Notes: generated by a model from the letters alone, not told the origin. Shown: positions 8,829 to 18,178, counted from the stretch's first letter. The stretch is 35,711 nucleotides of DNA from a virus (IMGVR_UViG_3300033143_002040:1-35711), one strand, 5' to 3'. Numbers and translations: made by a program.

Positions 8829-9340
8829 AAACAGACAAATACGGCAATGCTTTGCTAACTATAGAAGACGGCAAAAAGGCATTGTTGCATGGCATGGATA
8901 TAGATTTCGCTATCTTCGATAACGTACAAGAAGTGAATAACTTCAATCGTAATAGCGAACAAATATTAGGCTATGAAACAAACATACGTAATCCAATGTC
9001 AAATGATATGGATTTACAGGTATATCACGATATTTGCGCAGCAGATTGGGACATACCTAAAATGTATAAAGAGATTGATGCAAAAGAATTTTTGCTAATG
9101 TTATGTGATACAACAACTGAACGTAAAAGAGTGGAAACAGAATATAAGATGTTCGAAGAACGAGAACTTATTCCACTGTTACAATTTCTGATTTTCATTG
9201 TTGATTACATGCGTAAATACAAAATAGTGTGGGGCGTAGGGCGTGGCTCAAGTGTTGCATCATACTGTTTATATTTGCTAGGAGTACATAAAGTGGACAG
9301 CATAAAATATGATCTGCCCATTGAGGAATTTTTGAAGTAA
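8810..9340 (+). CDS. dnaE: DNA polymerase III alpha (DnaE)-like N-terminal palm fragment
   Basis: WGVGRGSSVASYCLYLLGVHKVDSIKYDLPIEEFLK matches DnaE GPGRGSxAGSLVAYxLxITxxDPxxxxLLFERFL. The protein stops before the PDxDxD catalytic motif. Confidence 0.85.
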   Translation: MEKEQVKTDKYGNALLTIEDGKKALLHGMDIDFAIFDNVQEVNNFNRNSEQILGYETNIRNPMSNDMDLQVYHDICAADWDIPKMYKEIDAKEFLLMLCDTTTERKRVETEYKMFEERELIPLLQFLIFIVDYMRKYKIVWGVGRGSSVASYCLYLLGVHKVDSIKYDLPIEEFLK

Positions 9341-9786
9341 TGGCTAAACGAACATATAGAAGCGCGAAAGGCAAAGTCGTAGACATGGAAGCTATGCGTG
9401 TCGCGAATGAAAAGACAATTGCTGCAGGCAATATGAAAGTCAATGCAAAGGGTGATCGTATTGAGGGCGGGAAAGTTGTACAAACTGCTAAAGAACGTGT
9501 AAAGCCAAGCTATACAACAGTTACACAGACCGCAAAAGTGAGTATGAAAAAGCCACTATCTAGATCAGATGCAGACGAAGTTTCTCCTAAGCCAAAGAAA
9601 GCACATGAGCCTATGAAAGCTGAAATGACTACAGAAACAGTCAAAAAACGCGACGACGGATCACAATATATAGAAGTGATTAGTCCTGATGGTGATATTG
9701 AAGTAAAAGATGTTGATCCGAAACCAGACAAAAAGAAAACAGTTAAAAAGAAAACAGCTAAAAAGACTAAACGACCACTCGTATGA
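9340..9786 (+). CDS. Hypothetical basic protein
   Basis: 148-aa Lys-rich ORF with a TAATG overlap. Confidence 0.75.
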   Translation: MAKRTYRSAKGKVVDMEAMRVANEKTIAAGNMKVNAKGDRIEGGKVVQTAKERVKPSYTTVTQTAKVSMKKPLSRSDADEVSPKPKKAHEPMKAEMTTETVKKRDDGSQYIEVISPDGDIEVKDVDPKPDKKKTVKKKTAKKTKRPLV

Positions 9787-10046
9787 CTACAGAAGAATTA
9801 GAAAGTAAAGAAGCGTTTGTAAAACGTTTAGACGGCACATTCGAGAAATTCGAGTCAATTGTATTAATGCGTGACGATTTATACAAGATGCAAGAAATGG
9901 TTGAACGTATGGAAACTTCAGGTTTGCGGCGCGAAACAATAGTCTTGCTACTACACGACCACACAAAACTCCCAAAGGGAACAATCAAAAAAGTATTAAA
10001 TGGACTCAAAGAGATTCCACTAAAATACTTTAAGGAAGAAAAATAA
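9783..10046 (+). CDS. Hypothetical protein
   Basis: 87-aa ORF. Confidence 0.7.
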   Translation: MTTEELESKEAFVKRLDGTFEKFESIVLMRDDLYKMQEMVERMETSGLRRETIVLLLHDHTKLPKGTIKKVLNGLKEIPLKYFKEEK

Positions 10047-10168
10047 TGAGTAACTCAGAAGTACAACAAGAAGGTAACGTATTTTATGTTGATACTGGCG
10101 ATCTATCTGTAGAAGAAATTAAAACTTTCCTCAAAGAATTTGCCAAAACACGCAAGGAAGAAAAATGA
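10046..10168 (+). CDS. 40-aa mini-protein with a portal-like FYVDTGD motif (not in the ORF track)
   Basis: MSNSEVQQEGNVFYVDTGDLSVEEIKTFLKEFAKTRKEEK; TAATG and ATGA overlaps; AAGGA SD. Confidence 0.7.
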   Translation: MSNSEVQQEGNVFYVDTGDLSVEEIKTFLKEFAKTRKEEK

Positions 10169-10494
10169 AACTCCGCGCACTAACTAATAAAATTTTATGC
10201 AACTATATTGAAAAGGGCCAGCAAACAACCGTAGGCGGAATCGTTCTTATGGATGATGATAACAGTGAAAGTGGTATACGCCCTCGATGGATGCAAGTAT
10301 ATTCAGTTGGTCCCGAAGTAAAAAGTGTTACTGAAGGACAGTGGGTTATGGTAGAACACGGTCGTTGGACACATGGCATGACAATGCGTGACGAAAACGA
10401 TGAAGAATTTACTTTGTGGGGTGCAGAAGAGGAAGCAATTCTCTTAGTAGCCGACGAAGAACCTAACACAGAGAGATCCGTATCTTCTGCTTGA
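10165..10494 (+). CDS. groES: Co-chaperonin GroES (Cpn10)
   Basis: MKLRALTNKIL...TTVGGIVL (mobile loop)...VYSVGPEVKSVTEGQWV...EEEAILLV. Confidence 0.85.
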   Translation: MKLRALTNKILCNYIEKGQQTTVGGIVLMDDDNSESGIRPRWMQVYSVGPEVKSVTEGQWVMVEHGRWTHGMTMRDENDEEFTLWGAEEEAILLVADEEPNTERSVSSA

Positions 10495-10519
10495 CGCTCA
10501 ATCGGCATTGTGTTATAAT
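10491..10519 (+). promoter_or_regulatory. sigma70-type promoter
   Basis: TTGACG-N17-TATAAT upstream of the clamp loader gene. Confidence 0.8.
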
Positions 10520-10551
10520 GTCCTAATGAATGAAAATAATAAGGGCATAAA

Positions 10552-11475
10552 ATGAAAGAACTCTGGGTAGAAAAATACCGACCAACAAAAATAAGCGAGT
10601 ACGTGTTTCGTGACGCAGCACAAAAAACACAAGTACAAAATTGGATTGATAGCAATGCGATTCCGCATCTATTATTTAGTGGTGGGCCAGGAACAGGCAA
10701 AACTACTCTTGCGAAACTATTACTGAACGAACTCGGTGTTGATGGCGGTGACGTATTATTCATAAACGCATCTTCGGAAACAGGCGTAGGTAATATGCGC
10801 GAGCGTATTTATAACTTTGCAACGCTAATGCCCTACGGAGATTTTCGTTATGTGCTACTTGACGAAGCAGATTATCTGTCACGAAACGCACAAGGAGCAT
10901 TGCGCGGGGTCATGGAGCAGTTTAGCAACTCTTGTAGATTCATACTAACATGTAACTTTTCGTATAAAATTATCGAAGCAGTTCATAGTAGGTGTCAAGG
11001 TTTTCATATTGAGAAACTTGATAAGGTTGAGTTTACTGCGCGAGTCGCAGAGATACTTATAACTGAAGGGGTCGAAGTAGACTTAGAAACACTTGATTTA
11101 TACGTAGCAGCAGAATATCCCGACTTACGCAAATGCATTAATTTGTGCCAGCAGAATTCACAGTCAGGCGCACTCGTAAAACCTCACAGTGAGGATTTAG
11201 GTTCGGCCGACTACAAAGTAGAAATGATTGCATTATTTCGTGATGGCAAAATTGCAGAAGCAAGAAAACTTATTTGTAAGAACGCGGCTGCAAGCGAATA
11301 CGAGGCAATATATCGTCACATGTACGAAAATTTAGAGTACTGGGGTGATGACATAGAGATACAGAAACGTGCTGTGATTGTGATTCGTAATGCACTTGTA
11401 AATCATATAGCGATTGCAGATGCAGAAATAAACTTATCTGCATGTTGTATTGAACTAGAATTATTGAGAATGTAA
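10552..11475 (+). CDS. Clamp loader small subunit (RFC/T4 gp44-like AAA+)
   Basis: LWVEKYRP, Walker A GGPGTGKTT, Walker B LLDEAD, FILTCN and SRC motifs. Confidence 0.93.
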   Translation: MKELWVEKYRPTKISEYVFRDAAQKTQVQNWIDSNAIPHLLFSGGPGTGKTTLAKLLLNELGVDGGDVLFINASSETGVGNMRERIYNFATLMPYGDFRYVLLDEADYLSRNAQGALRGVMEQFSNSCRFILTCNFSYKIIEAVHSRCQGFHIEKLDKVEFTARVAEILITEGVEVDLETLDLYVAAEYPDLRKCINLCQQNSQSGALVKPHSEDLGSADYKVEMIALFRDGKIAEARKLICKNAAASEYEAIYRHMYENLEYWGDDIEIQKRAVIVIRNALVNHIAIADAEINLSACCIELELLRM

Positions 11476-11476
11476 A

Positions 11477-11749
11477 ATGACAAAATATAATTGGGATGAA
11501 ATTTGTGAACTTAGGGATAATCTAGAGAAATACTATAGTCTTGAGTATGATAGTCACACAGAAGCAATGGAAGCACTATGTCGGCTATCACAATATCCTG
11601 ACTATATATCAGAAGAACTCTGGGATGCTGTAGTAATTGCAATGAAAAGTGAATTAAAAAATTACACAGAAAATTCAAAAATTATAACAACACCTATAAT
11701 GATTGCAAAAAACCTTGTCGAACTTGAATGGAACCATGAAAATATTTAA
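11477..11749 (+). CDS. Hypothetical protein
   Basis: 90-aa ORF. Confidence 0.7.
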   Translation: MTKYNWDEICELRDNLEKYYSLEYDSHTEAMEALCRLSQYPDYISEELWDAVVIAMKSELKNYTENSKIITTPIMIAKNLVELEWNHENI

Positions 11750-12089
11750 ATGGAAATTGCCCAAACCGTATGACTCAAGAGTTATTCCTGAGCATCCAGA
11801 AGATGAACCAGAGATTGAGTCTAGTGATCGTTTCGCTAAAAGTGCAACACCAAAGTATACACTTGACTGGTACGTAAAATGGATTGCTACAATAGTTGTC
11901 GTAGCTGCCGTGACTTCTAGAGCAACAGGAATTGAATCATTACGTATTTTTGATTTATGGGGCAGCTTGATCGGTGCAAGTTTATGGTGGTGGGTATCTT
12001 TCGTTTGGCGTGATCGTGCATTGATGGTAGTAAATGGTGTCCTTGGATTTATAGTGATGATCGGATTGATGAACTATTACTTCGGATGA
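11736..12089 (+). CDS. Small membrane protein (about 3 TM) with N-terminal IFKWKL
   Basis: Hydrophobic segments after LDWYVKW. Start set at ATG 11736. Confidence 0.7.
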   Translation: MKIFKWKLPKPYDSRVIPEHPEDEPEIESSDRFAKSATPKYTLDWYVKWIATIVVVAAVTSRATGIESLRIFDLWGSLIGASLWWWVSFVWRDRALMVVNGVLGFIVMIGLMNYYFG

Positions 12090-12388
12090 GATATACACTA
12101 AAATATATAACACGTAATATGTTTTATTATCCTTGCGATTTTGGTGCTTATAACGATTTCGGAATTGGCCAAAATCCAAGTGGATCGTATTTAGTATTGC
12201 ATTTAACAACAAGGCTAGCAGATGCATTGTTCTATGATACACCCGAAGAAGCTGAGTGCTTATCAGAATTTAATGTTGTGCATTCTGAGTCAGCAGATGA
12301 ATTTACTGAGCCAGATTACGGATCGTTTGAATTATTGGGTGTTATAGAAGTTTCTGAAAAGAAAATATTTAAGTTGAAATTAAAATGA
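12086..12388 (+). CDS. Hypothetical protein ending [11 protein letters not shown]
   Basis: 100-aa ORF with ATGA overlaps at both ends. Confidence 0.7.
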   Translation: MRYTLKYITRNMFYYPCDFGAYNDFGIGQNPSGSYLVLHLTTRLADALFYDTPEEAECLSEFNVVHSESADEFTEPDYGSFELLGVIEVSEKKIFKLKLK

Positions 12389-13026
12389 ATTGGACTGATT
12401 TGGAATTTTTCAAAGGCGGTGACAAAGTTGTTGCTGACAAACTTGCAGAAGATATTAATGCAGGCAAGTCTATCTGTCCGCCTATTCATCAAATCATGCG
12501 CGCCCTTGACATTACACATTTCGAAGATGTCAAGGTTGTTATTCTAGGCCAAGATCCTTATCCAACTGCAGGTCATGCTAATGGTCTTGCGTTTTCAGTT
12601 AACGCTTGTGTGCAACCATTACCAAAATCATTAAAAAATATTTATAAAGAACTAGAAGATGATTTAGGATACAAGCGGGCAAGCGGCAGTTTACGTGATT
12701 GGGCAGAACAAGGGGTACTATTATTAAACACTGTATTGACTGTTGAAGAAGGTTGTGCAGGCTCACATCAAGGAATAGGATGGGAAACACTGACAGATGA
12801 AGCGATACAGATGTTGAGCGACAAACGAGAAAATATTGTATTTATTCTCTGGGGCAAAAAAGCACAAACGAAAATTCCACTGATAAATAAAAACAAACAC
12901 CGCATTATTACTTCTCCACATCCGTCTCCACTATCTGCTTATCGAGGATTTTTCGGAAGTAAGCCGTTTAGTCAGGCAAACGATTATTTGTATAAAAATC
13001 GTAAAGTGGTAATTGATTGGCGTTAG
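12385..13026 (+). CDS. ung: Uracil-DNA glycosylase family 1
   Basis: [22 protein letters not shown] and [13 protein letters not shown] motifs. Confidence 0.97.
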   Translation: MNWTDLEFFKGGDKVVADKLAEDINAGKSICPPIHQIMRALDITHFEDVKVVILGQDPYPTAGHANGLAFSVNACVQPLPKSLKNIYKELEDDLGYKRASGSLRDWAEQGVLLLNTVLTVEEGCAGSHQGIGWETLTDEAIQMLSDKRENIVFILWGKKAQTKIPLINKNKHRIITSPHPSPLSAYRGFFGSKPFSQANDYLYKNRKVVIDWR

Positions 13027-13029
13027 TGC

Positions 13030-13058
13030 TTGACAAATAAACGGTTGTACGCTATACT
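13030..13058 (+). promoter_or_regulatory. sigma70-type promoter
   Basis: TTGACA-N17-TATACT. Confidence 0.85.
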
Positions 13059-13082
13059 GTTAAACTAATTAAAGGAATCTCA

Positions 13083-13436
13083 ATGAGCAGCAAAGGTGCT
13101 TATCTAATTTTAACGCATGTCCATCAGCCCATCAACAAGGGTCCAGATAAGGGCAAAATGCAAACACACGAAACTTGTGAATTTGTAGATCGCTATAAAA
13201 CTAAGCATTTGCAAGGCTCTACGATTATTATGGATGTAGTAAAACGCGAATTCATAAAGAACACATACAGGCAAGACGGCCTCTCATATGACCAAGTTGA
13301 GGAGCATGTAATTAAAGGTTATGCTGACAAATATACAAAATTTTTAGAGCTTGTGGGAGCACCGATTCCAGAAGCTTTACTTCTAGATAAAGAAGATATG
13401 GAAAAACTAATTGAACAAACCAAGGAAGAAGAATGA
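13083..13436 (+). CDS. Hypothetical protein
   Basis: 117-aa ORF with an AAGGA SD, downstream of the promoter. Confidence 0.75.
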   Translation: MSSKGAYLILTHVHQPINKGPDKGKMQTHETCEFVDRYKTKHLQGSTIIMDVVKREFIKNTYRQDGLSYDQVEEHVIKGYADKYTKFLELVGAPIPEALLLDKEDMEKLIEQTKEEE

Positions 13437-14518
13437 CAAAAGAAATAGATGACCTAAAAGAGCTACAAGAACTTACTAAAGACAACGATGAAACAGAAGT
13501 TGGTGAGTCTGATAGTCGTAGTTTTGCTACGCCAGACCCAACTTATGATGAGTATGAATGTGCAGAAGAAGAAGAAGGTACGCTAAAGGAAAACGCCCGA
13601 CAATGGGCAAAGGTCGGTGATGCTTATTTTCCAGCAGATATGACCGCAGATACTCTTCCTTCAGGTCAATACAGCATTGATTATTCTCACAGCAGAGGAC
13701 TATATTTTTCTCCAAAACCAATTAATCTTGATGATTTGCTTATTTTGCCCGATAGCGCGTCAGAAGAAATAATCAATAATATTGAAGAATTCTGGAAGAA
13801 TGAACACCTGTTCCGCAAACTTGGATTTCTATGGAAGCGCGGAGTATTGCTTTACGGTCCAGCGGGAAGTGGCAAAACTTCTACTCTACAGCTAATTACA
13901 AAGAAAGTTGTTGATCGAGGCGGCATCGCAGTTTACGTTAAAGAGCCAAAAGTAACAGCGCAAGGCCTAGAAATGTTACGTAAAATTGAACCTACTCGTC
14001 CAGTAATTGTATTGGTTGAAGATGTAGACGCAATTCAACGAACCTACGGCGAAGCAGATATGCTTGCATTGCTTGATGGTGATTTGCAAATTGACAACGT
14101 AGTATTCATTGCTACAACAAACTATCCTGAAAAGCTTGATAAGCGCATGGTCAATCGTCCAAGTCGTTTTGATATTGTACGCAAAATTGGAATGCCTACA
14201 GCAGAGGCACGTACAATTTATCTAACAGAACGAAACGAACGCATTGCAGGCACAGATGAACTTATTGAGTGGGTCGCTGCAACAGATAAATTCTCTATTG
14301 CACATCTTAAAGAACTTATTGTTTCTGTAGAAGCATTGGGGCAAGGGTTTAATGATACGATTGACAGACTACGAGTTATGATTGATACAACACCTGCTAG
14401 TACAGATGATGATGAATCAAAAGGCATAGGCTTTATGGCAGGTGCTGAAAAAAAGTCAGAAAGGGCGGCGACGACGGCGGCAAAGCCATCAACCCCGCCA
14501 GTCTCAAACAACTCATAA
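13433..14518 (+). CDS. Single-domain AAA+ ATPase (classic AAA, BCS1-like Walker B)
   Basis: KRGVLLYGPAGSGKT, VLVEDVD and the second region of homology ATTNYPEKLDKRMVNRPSRFD. No protease domain. Confidence 0.9.
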   Translation: MTKEIDDLKELQELTKDNDETEVGESDSRSFATPDPTYDEYECAEEEEGTLKENARQWAKVGDAYFPADMTADTLPSGQYSIDYSHSRGLYFSPKPINLDDLLILPDSASEEIINNIEEFWKNEHLFRKLGFLWKRGVLLYGPAGSGKTSTLQLITKKVVDRGGIAVYVKEPKVTAQGLEMLRKIEPTRPVIVLVEDVDAIQRTYGEADMLALLDGDLQIDNVVFIATTNYPEKLDKRMVNRPSRFDIVRKIGMPTAEARTIYLTERNERIAGTDELIEWVAATDKFSIAHLKELIVSVEALGQGFNDTIDRLRVMIDTTPASTDDDESKGIGFMAGAEKKSERAATTAAKPSTPPVSNNS

Positions 14519-14552
14519 AGAAATACGGCTTACGCCCGCCGAAAAAGAAACG

Positions 14553-15158
14553 ATGAATGATAAAATTATATTAACTGATGCAGATGGATGTTTATTCAAC
14601 TGGAACAATACGTTTAATGAATTTATGATTAATCGTGGATACAAAATTGTGCCAGGTGAGGAGGAAAATTATTCTGTTAGGGAACGATTTGGTTTGTCTC
14701 CTGGAACTAAAATGAATTTCATCAAAGAATTTAATCACTCAAATCGAATTGCCGAATTGCCTCCACTCGCAGATGCACAAGAATATGTTGCTAAACTGAA
14801 CAATGAAGGCTATAAGTTTATTGTAATTACAAGTCTCAGTGAAAAGCCTAGCGCATATGACTACAGAATGCATAATCTTAAAGAACACTTTGGTGATGCA
14901 ATCATAGGTTTACATTGCTTACGAATCGGCGTACATAAAGGTGAAAAATTAAAAGAGTGGGAAGGCACTGATATGTTTTGGATCGAAGATCACGTATCCA
15001 ACGCAGTTGCAGGCGCGAAGCTTGGACTTCGTGCGGTAGTCATCGACCACGTATACAATACACGATATTGCGAAGACGATCACTTACTTTATGCTCGCAC
15101 AACACAAGAAACACCTTGGGCAGATATTTACGAACTTGTTAAAGGGGCAGAAGAATGA
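14553..15158 (+). CDS. HAD-family 5'(3')-deoxyribonucleotidase-like phosphatase
   Basis: ILTDADGCL (DxD motif I), VITS (motif II), K and WIED. Start moved from 14442 to ATG 14553. Confidence 0.85.
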   Translation: MNDKIILTDADGCLFNWNNTFNEFMINRGYKIVPGEEENYSVRERFGLSPGTKMNFIKEFNHSNRIAELPPLADAQEYVAKLNNEGYKFIVITSLSEKPSAYDYRMHNLKEHFGDAIIGLHCLRIGVHKGEKLKEWEGTDMFWIEDHVSNAVAGAKLGLRAVVIDHVYNTRYCEDDHLLYARTTQETPWADIYELVKGAEE

Positions 15159-15406
15159 TACAAAATGGCATATTAAAAGTCGGAGATATAGTTCTTTACA
15201 AACGAAAAAAGAAAATTAAAGAATGGGAAATCAACGCCATTTCTCCATCTGGAGACTATATTGAAATAGAAAATGATGATTGGGATGAACGCTGGGTTTA
15301 TCTCGGCAACCTTCTTGAAATTATAGAAAGCAATGAAAACGAAGTTGAAATTACTATTTCTACTGTCAGTCAGCGGCCGCCAGTTATAGCTTCTAAATTT
15401 ACATAA
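15155..15406 (+). CDS. Hypothetical protein
   Basis: 83-aa ORF with an ATGA overlap. Confidence 0.65.
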   Translation: MIQNGILKVGDIVLYKRKKKIKEWEINAISPSGDYIEIENDDWDERWVYLGNLLEIIESNENEVEITISTVSQRPPVIASKFT

Positions 15407-15636
15407 TGAAATTTGAAACGGACGAATATAACATCCTAAAAATGAATATCTGGTTGCAGGAGCATCTAGAAACTTGTGCGTACTGGCAACCTAACGATCA
15501 CGGCATTCTTCCCCAAGGTGCGAACGGCGGAGCAATTACATATTTGTTCACGCCAACTAATATGGGATTAGTTGTAGAAGTGCAATGCTGCTGCGGCCAG
15601 AAAACTAACATAACAAACTATGATGAATGGCAATGA
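15406..15636 (+). CDS. Hypothetical protein
   Basis: 76-aa ORF with a TAATG overlap. Confidence 0.65.
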   Translation: MKFETDEYNILKMNIWLQEHLETCAYWQPNDHGILPQGANGGAITYLFTPTNMGLVVEVQCCCGQKTNITNYDEWQ

Positions 15637-16022
15637 ATCAGGATGATTTTGATAAGGCATATTTTAAAGCCAAGCTTGCAGGAATAGAAGCTTTAGGCGA
15701 ATTACTCTTACAACTCATGGGAACTGGCGAAGACCGCTTTGCCATGCAACTATTCCAACTCCATAATAAAGAATATGCTTCGATGCTGAATAATGATGCA
15801 GTATCAAAAGATCGAGTTTGTGAAAAATCTCCGTATCATTATTGTTTTTCAGTTCCGATGAGTAAAAACATAGAACACATAAATCCAGATTCTTTTTTTT
15901 GTATTTGGTGCAGTAAAATATATAGTGTAGATTTAACTAAACCTGAACGAGAATTTATCGAGGGTGGGCGAGTAGTTGGTTCACACAAACTATTACTAGG
16001 TATAGTCAGCGGAAAGAAATAA
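15627..16022 (+). CDS. Hypothetical protein with N-terminal YFKAKLAG and a Cys4 module
   Basis: CEKSPYHYC...CIWC. Confidence 0.7.
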   Translation: MAMNQDDFDKAYFKAKLAGIEALGELLLQLMGTGEDRFAMQLFQLHNKEYASMLNNDAVSKDRVCEKSPYHYCFSVPMSKNIEHINPDSFFCIWCSKIYSVDLTKPEREFIEGGRVVGSHKLLLGIVSGKK

Positions 16023-16023
16023 C

Positions 16024-17133
16024 ATGAGAATCGAAGATTCAGTAAAACTAGATTACAGTGATGTATTGATACGTCCTAAGCGAAGCACATTAGTATCACG
16101 TAAAGAAGTAGATTTAGAACGTGAATTTGTTTTCCGTTATTCAGATGTAAAATATAAAGGCATCCCGATCATGGCTGCTAATATGGATACAACAGGCACA
16201 TTCGAAATGGCTCGCGCACTACTTAATTTTAATATGTTTACGTGCATACATAAACACTATGATATGAGTGGTTGGCGTGAGGGGCTTGTACTTGATACTG
16301 GAGCCGATCCTAGTGTTAAAAACTTAGCTATTTCAACTGGCATATCTAATACTGATTTTCTAAAAACAGTAGATATTATCTATGCATTTACAGAGATAAA
16401 CTATATCTGTGTTGACGTTGCTAATGGTTACACAGAAACATTTGTACAATTTATTCGTAAAATGCGCAAGAAATTTCCCAATAAAGTAATCATTGCAGGT
16501 AATGTAGTCACAGCAGATATGACAGAGGCACTTATATTGGCAGGTGCTGACATAGTGAAGGTGGGCATAGGCCCAGGAAGTGTCTGTACAACACGCAAGA
16601 AAACAGGCGTCGGCTATCCTCAACTATCAGCAGTTATTGAGTGTGCAGATGCAGCACACGGATTGAAAGGTCTTATTGTTGCAGATGGTGGGTGTACTGG
16701 CCCTGGTGATGTTGCAAAATCGTTTGCAGCAGGCGCAGATTTTGTAATGCTCGGCGGAATGTTAGCAGGCCACGCTGAAGGCGGCGGCTCAATTATATCA
16801 GGCTCAGGAAGGAAACTTGGCAGCGACACAGCACTCGATACTTACGACTTGGGCTACGGAGATATGTTTGTAGAGTTTTACGGTATGAGTTCTGAAACTG
16901 CACAGAACAAACATGGAGACGGACTTACAGGCTATCGTGCAAGCGAAGGCAAGCGTGTTTTGATTCCTTACAAAGGTAAAGTTGAAAATACTGTGAAAGA
17001 TATACTAGGCGGGGTTCGATCAGCATGTACATATACTGGCAGCATATCACTCAAGGAATTGTCAAAGCGTACAACGTTTGTTCGCGTCAACAATCAGCTT
17101 AATAATGTCTATGGTACAAATAGTGATGGATAG
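16024..17133 (+). CDS. guaC: GMP reductase
   Basis: [53 protein letters not shown] and YRASEGK match proteobacterial-type GuaC. Confidence 0.95.
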   Translation: MRIEDSVKLDYSDVLIRPKRSTLVSRKEVDLEREFVFRYSDVKYKGIPIMAANMDTTGTFEMARALLNFNMFTCIHKHYDMSGWREGLVLDTGADPSVKNLAISTGISNTDFLKTVDIIYAFTEINYICVDVANGYTETFVQFIRKMRKKFPNKVIIAGNVVTADMTEALILAGADIVKVGIGPGSVCTTRKKTGVGYPQLSAVIECADAAHGLKGLIVADGGCTGPGDVAKSFAAGADFVMLGGMLAGHAEGGGSIISGSGRKLGSDTALDTYDLGYGDMFVEFYGMSSETAQNKHGDGLTGYRASEGKRVLIPYKGKVENTVKDILGGVRSACTYTGSISLKELSKRTTFVRVNNQLNNVYGTNSDG

Positions 17134-17338
17134 CTGTGCTTTATGGGGTTGTGAGCGATGTTTAACAACATATTTAATGTTTGAACCAGAAGACCACACT
17201 AACGGGCGTGGTGTATGTGAAAATTGCAAAAGCATTCAATGGGGCATATGGAACACAAACATATCGAAACAAGAATATTTCAAAAGCAAATTAACTGGTG
17301 AATACTTAAACGTAGTAAAATTAGAGCGCATAGGATAA
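17126..17338 (+). CDS. Small zinc-ribbon protein with EYFKSKLTG
   Basis: CERC...CENC. Start set at ATG 17126. Confidence 0.65.
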   Translation: MDSCALWGCERCLTTYLMFEPEDHTNGRGVCENCKSIQWGIWNTNISKQEYFKSKLTGEYLNVVKLERIG

Positions 17339-17571
17339 TGACTAATATGTTTGAAATAAGATGCCTCGGCAAAATGGATTGCCACAATCACTTTTTAATA
17401 AAGGCAAGTAGGATAGGCGAGCCAGTAGAGCAACCAAATTGTGAAGTATGTGGCAATAATAATTGGGATATGCGAGAAACAACAATGCCTGAAAAAGAAT
17501 ACTTCAAACGCATGTTAAAAGATCCTCACGGAACAATCGGCTATCATGTCATACATGAAGATTTGGTATAA
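17338..17571 (+). CDS. Small zinc-ribbon protein with EKEYFKRMLKD
   Basis: CLGKMDC...CEVC; TAATG overlap. Confidence 0.65.
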   Translation: MTNMFEIRCLGKMDCHNHFLIKASRIGEPVEQPNCEVCGNNNWDMRETTMPEKEYFKRMLKDPHGTIGYHVIHEDLV

Positions 17572-18178
17572 CTGTAGCCCAACAAAAGTCACATTGCGCT
17601 TTATGATACAATGTTAAATCATCTGCGTAGTAAGTCAAAATTCTTTCTTTCAATTCATCATCAATATCAACATCACCCTCAGAAGTATTGAAACGACCTA
17701 ACTCACCTAATCCACTTTGTTTCCACCAATATTCTAACATTTCAAGAGGTATCAATTTTGCAGATTGATTACCTTTATTTAATAATGTATTTTGCTGCTC
17801 CAAATGAATTTCTTTTACGCCAGAATCAATAAAATCCATTAGATCAACTGGTGACATATCTGCGAATAATTTTTTATAGCGTGATGATCCATTATCGCGA
17901 CACTTATTTTTCCAGAGTGAACAAAAGCGGTCTAGCGGGTGGCGAACAACAAAATACGCATCATCAGTAACTTGTCGGGGTTCGATAGAAGTTATATTAT
18001 CTGCTTGCTCATTCATCCAAACAAACTGTTTGATGCTAGCAGTACCACATTTTAACGAGATACCAAGTGAGAAATTTTCTTCTTTGAAATAGAACCAACC
18101 ATAGTATATCGCACCTCTCGGCATGGTCTGCTTGCCAAGCTTGAAATCTTCATCGGTGAGTGGTGGACGCATATACAT
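17549..18178 (-). CDS. Sulfotransferase (Sulfotransfer_2 / carbohydrate sulfotransferase-like)
   Basis: 5'-PSB-like LKCGTASIK, 3'-PB-like FVVRHPLDRFCSLW, HLEQQ and C-terminal YYADDLTLY. The likely start is the second ATG (18172). Confidence 0.75.
   Translation of the reverse strand: MYMRPPLTDEDFKLGKQTMPRGAIYYGWFYFKEENFSLGISLKCGTASIKQFVWMNEQADNITSIEPRQVTDDAYFVVRHPLDRFCSLWKNKCRDNGSSRYKKLFADMSPVDLMDFIDSGVKEIHLEQQNTLLNKGNQSAKLIPLEMLEYWWKQSGLGELGRFNTSEGDVDIDDELKERILTYYADDLTLYHKAQCDFCWATVIPNLHV

Noticed and set aside
12882-12889. GATAAATA inside ung
   Set aside because: It falls within coding sequence (LINK codons), with no evidence that it is functional.
14442-14552. Arg-rich N-terminal extension of the HAD phosphatase
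   Set aside because: It overlaps the AAA ATPase 3' end. HAD motif I normally lies a few residues from the start, which fits ATG 14553.
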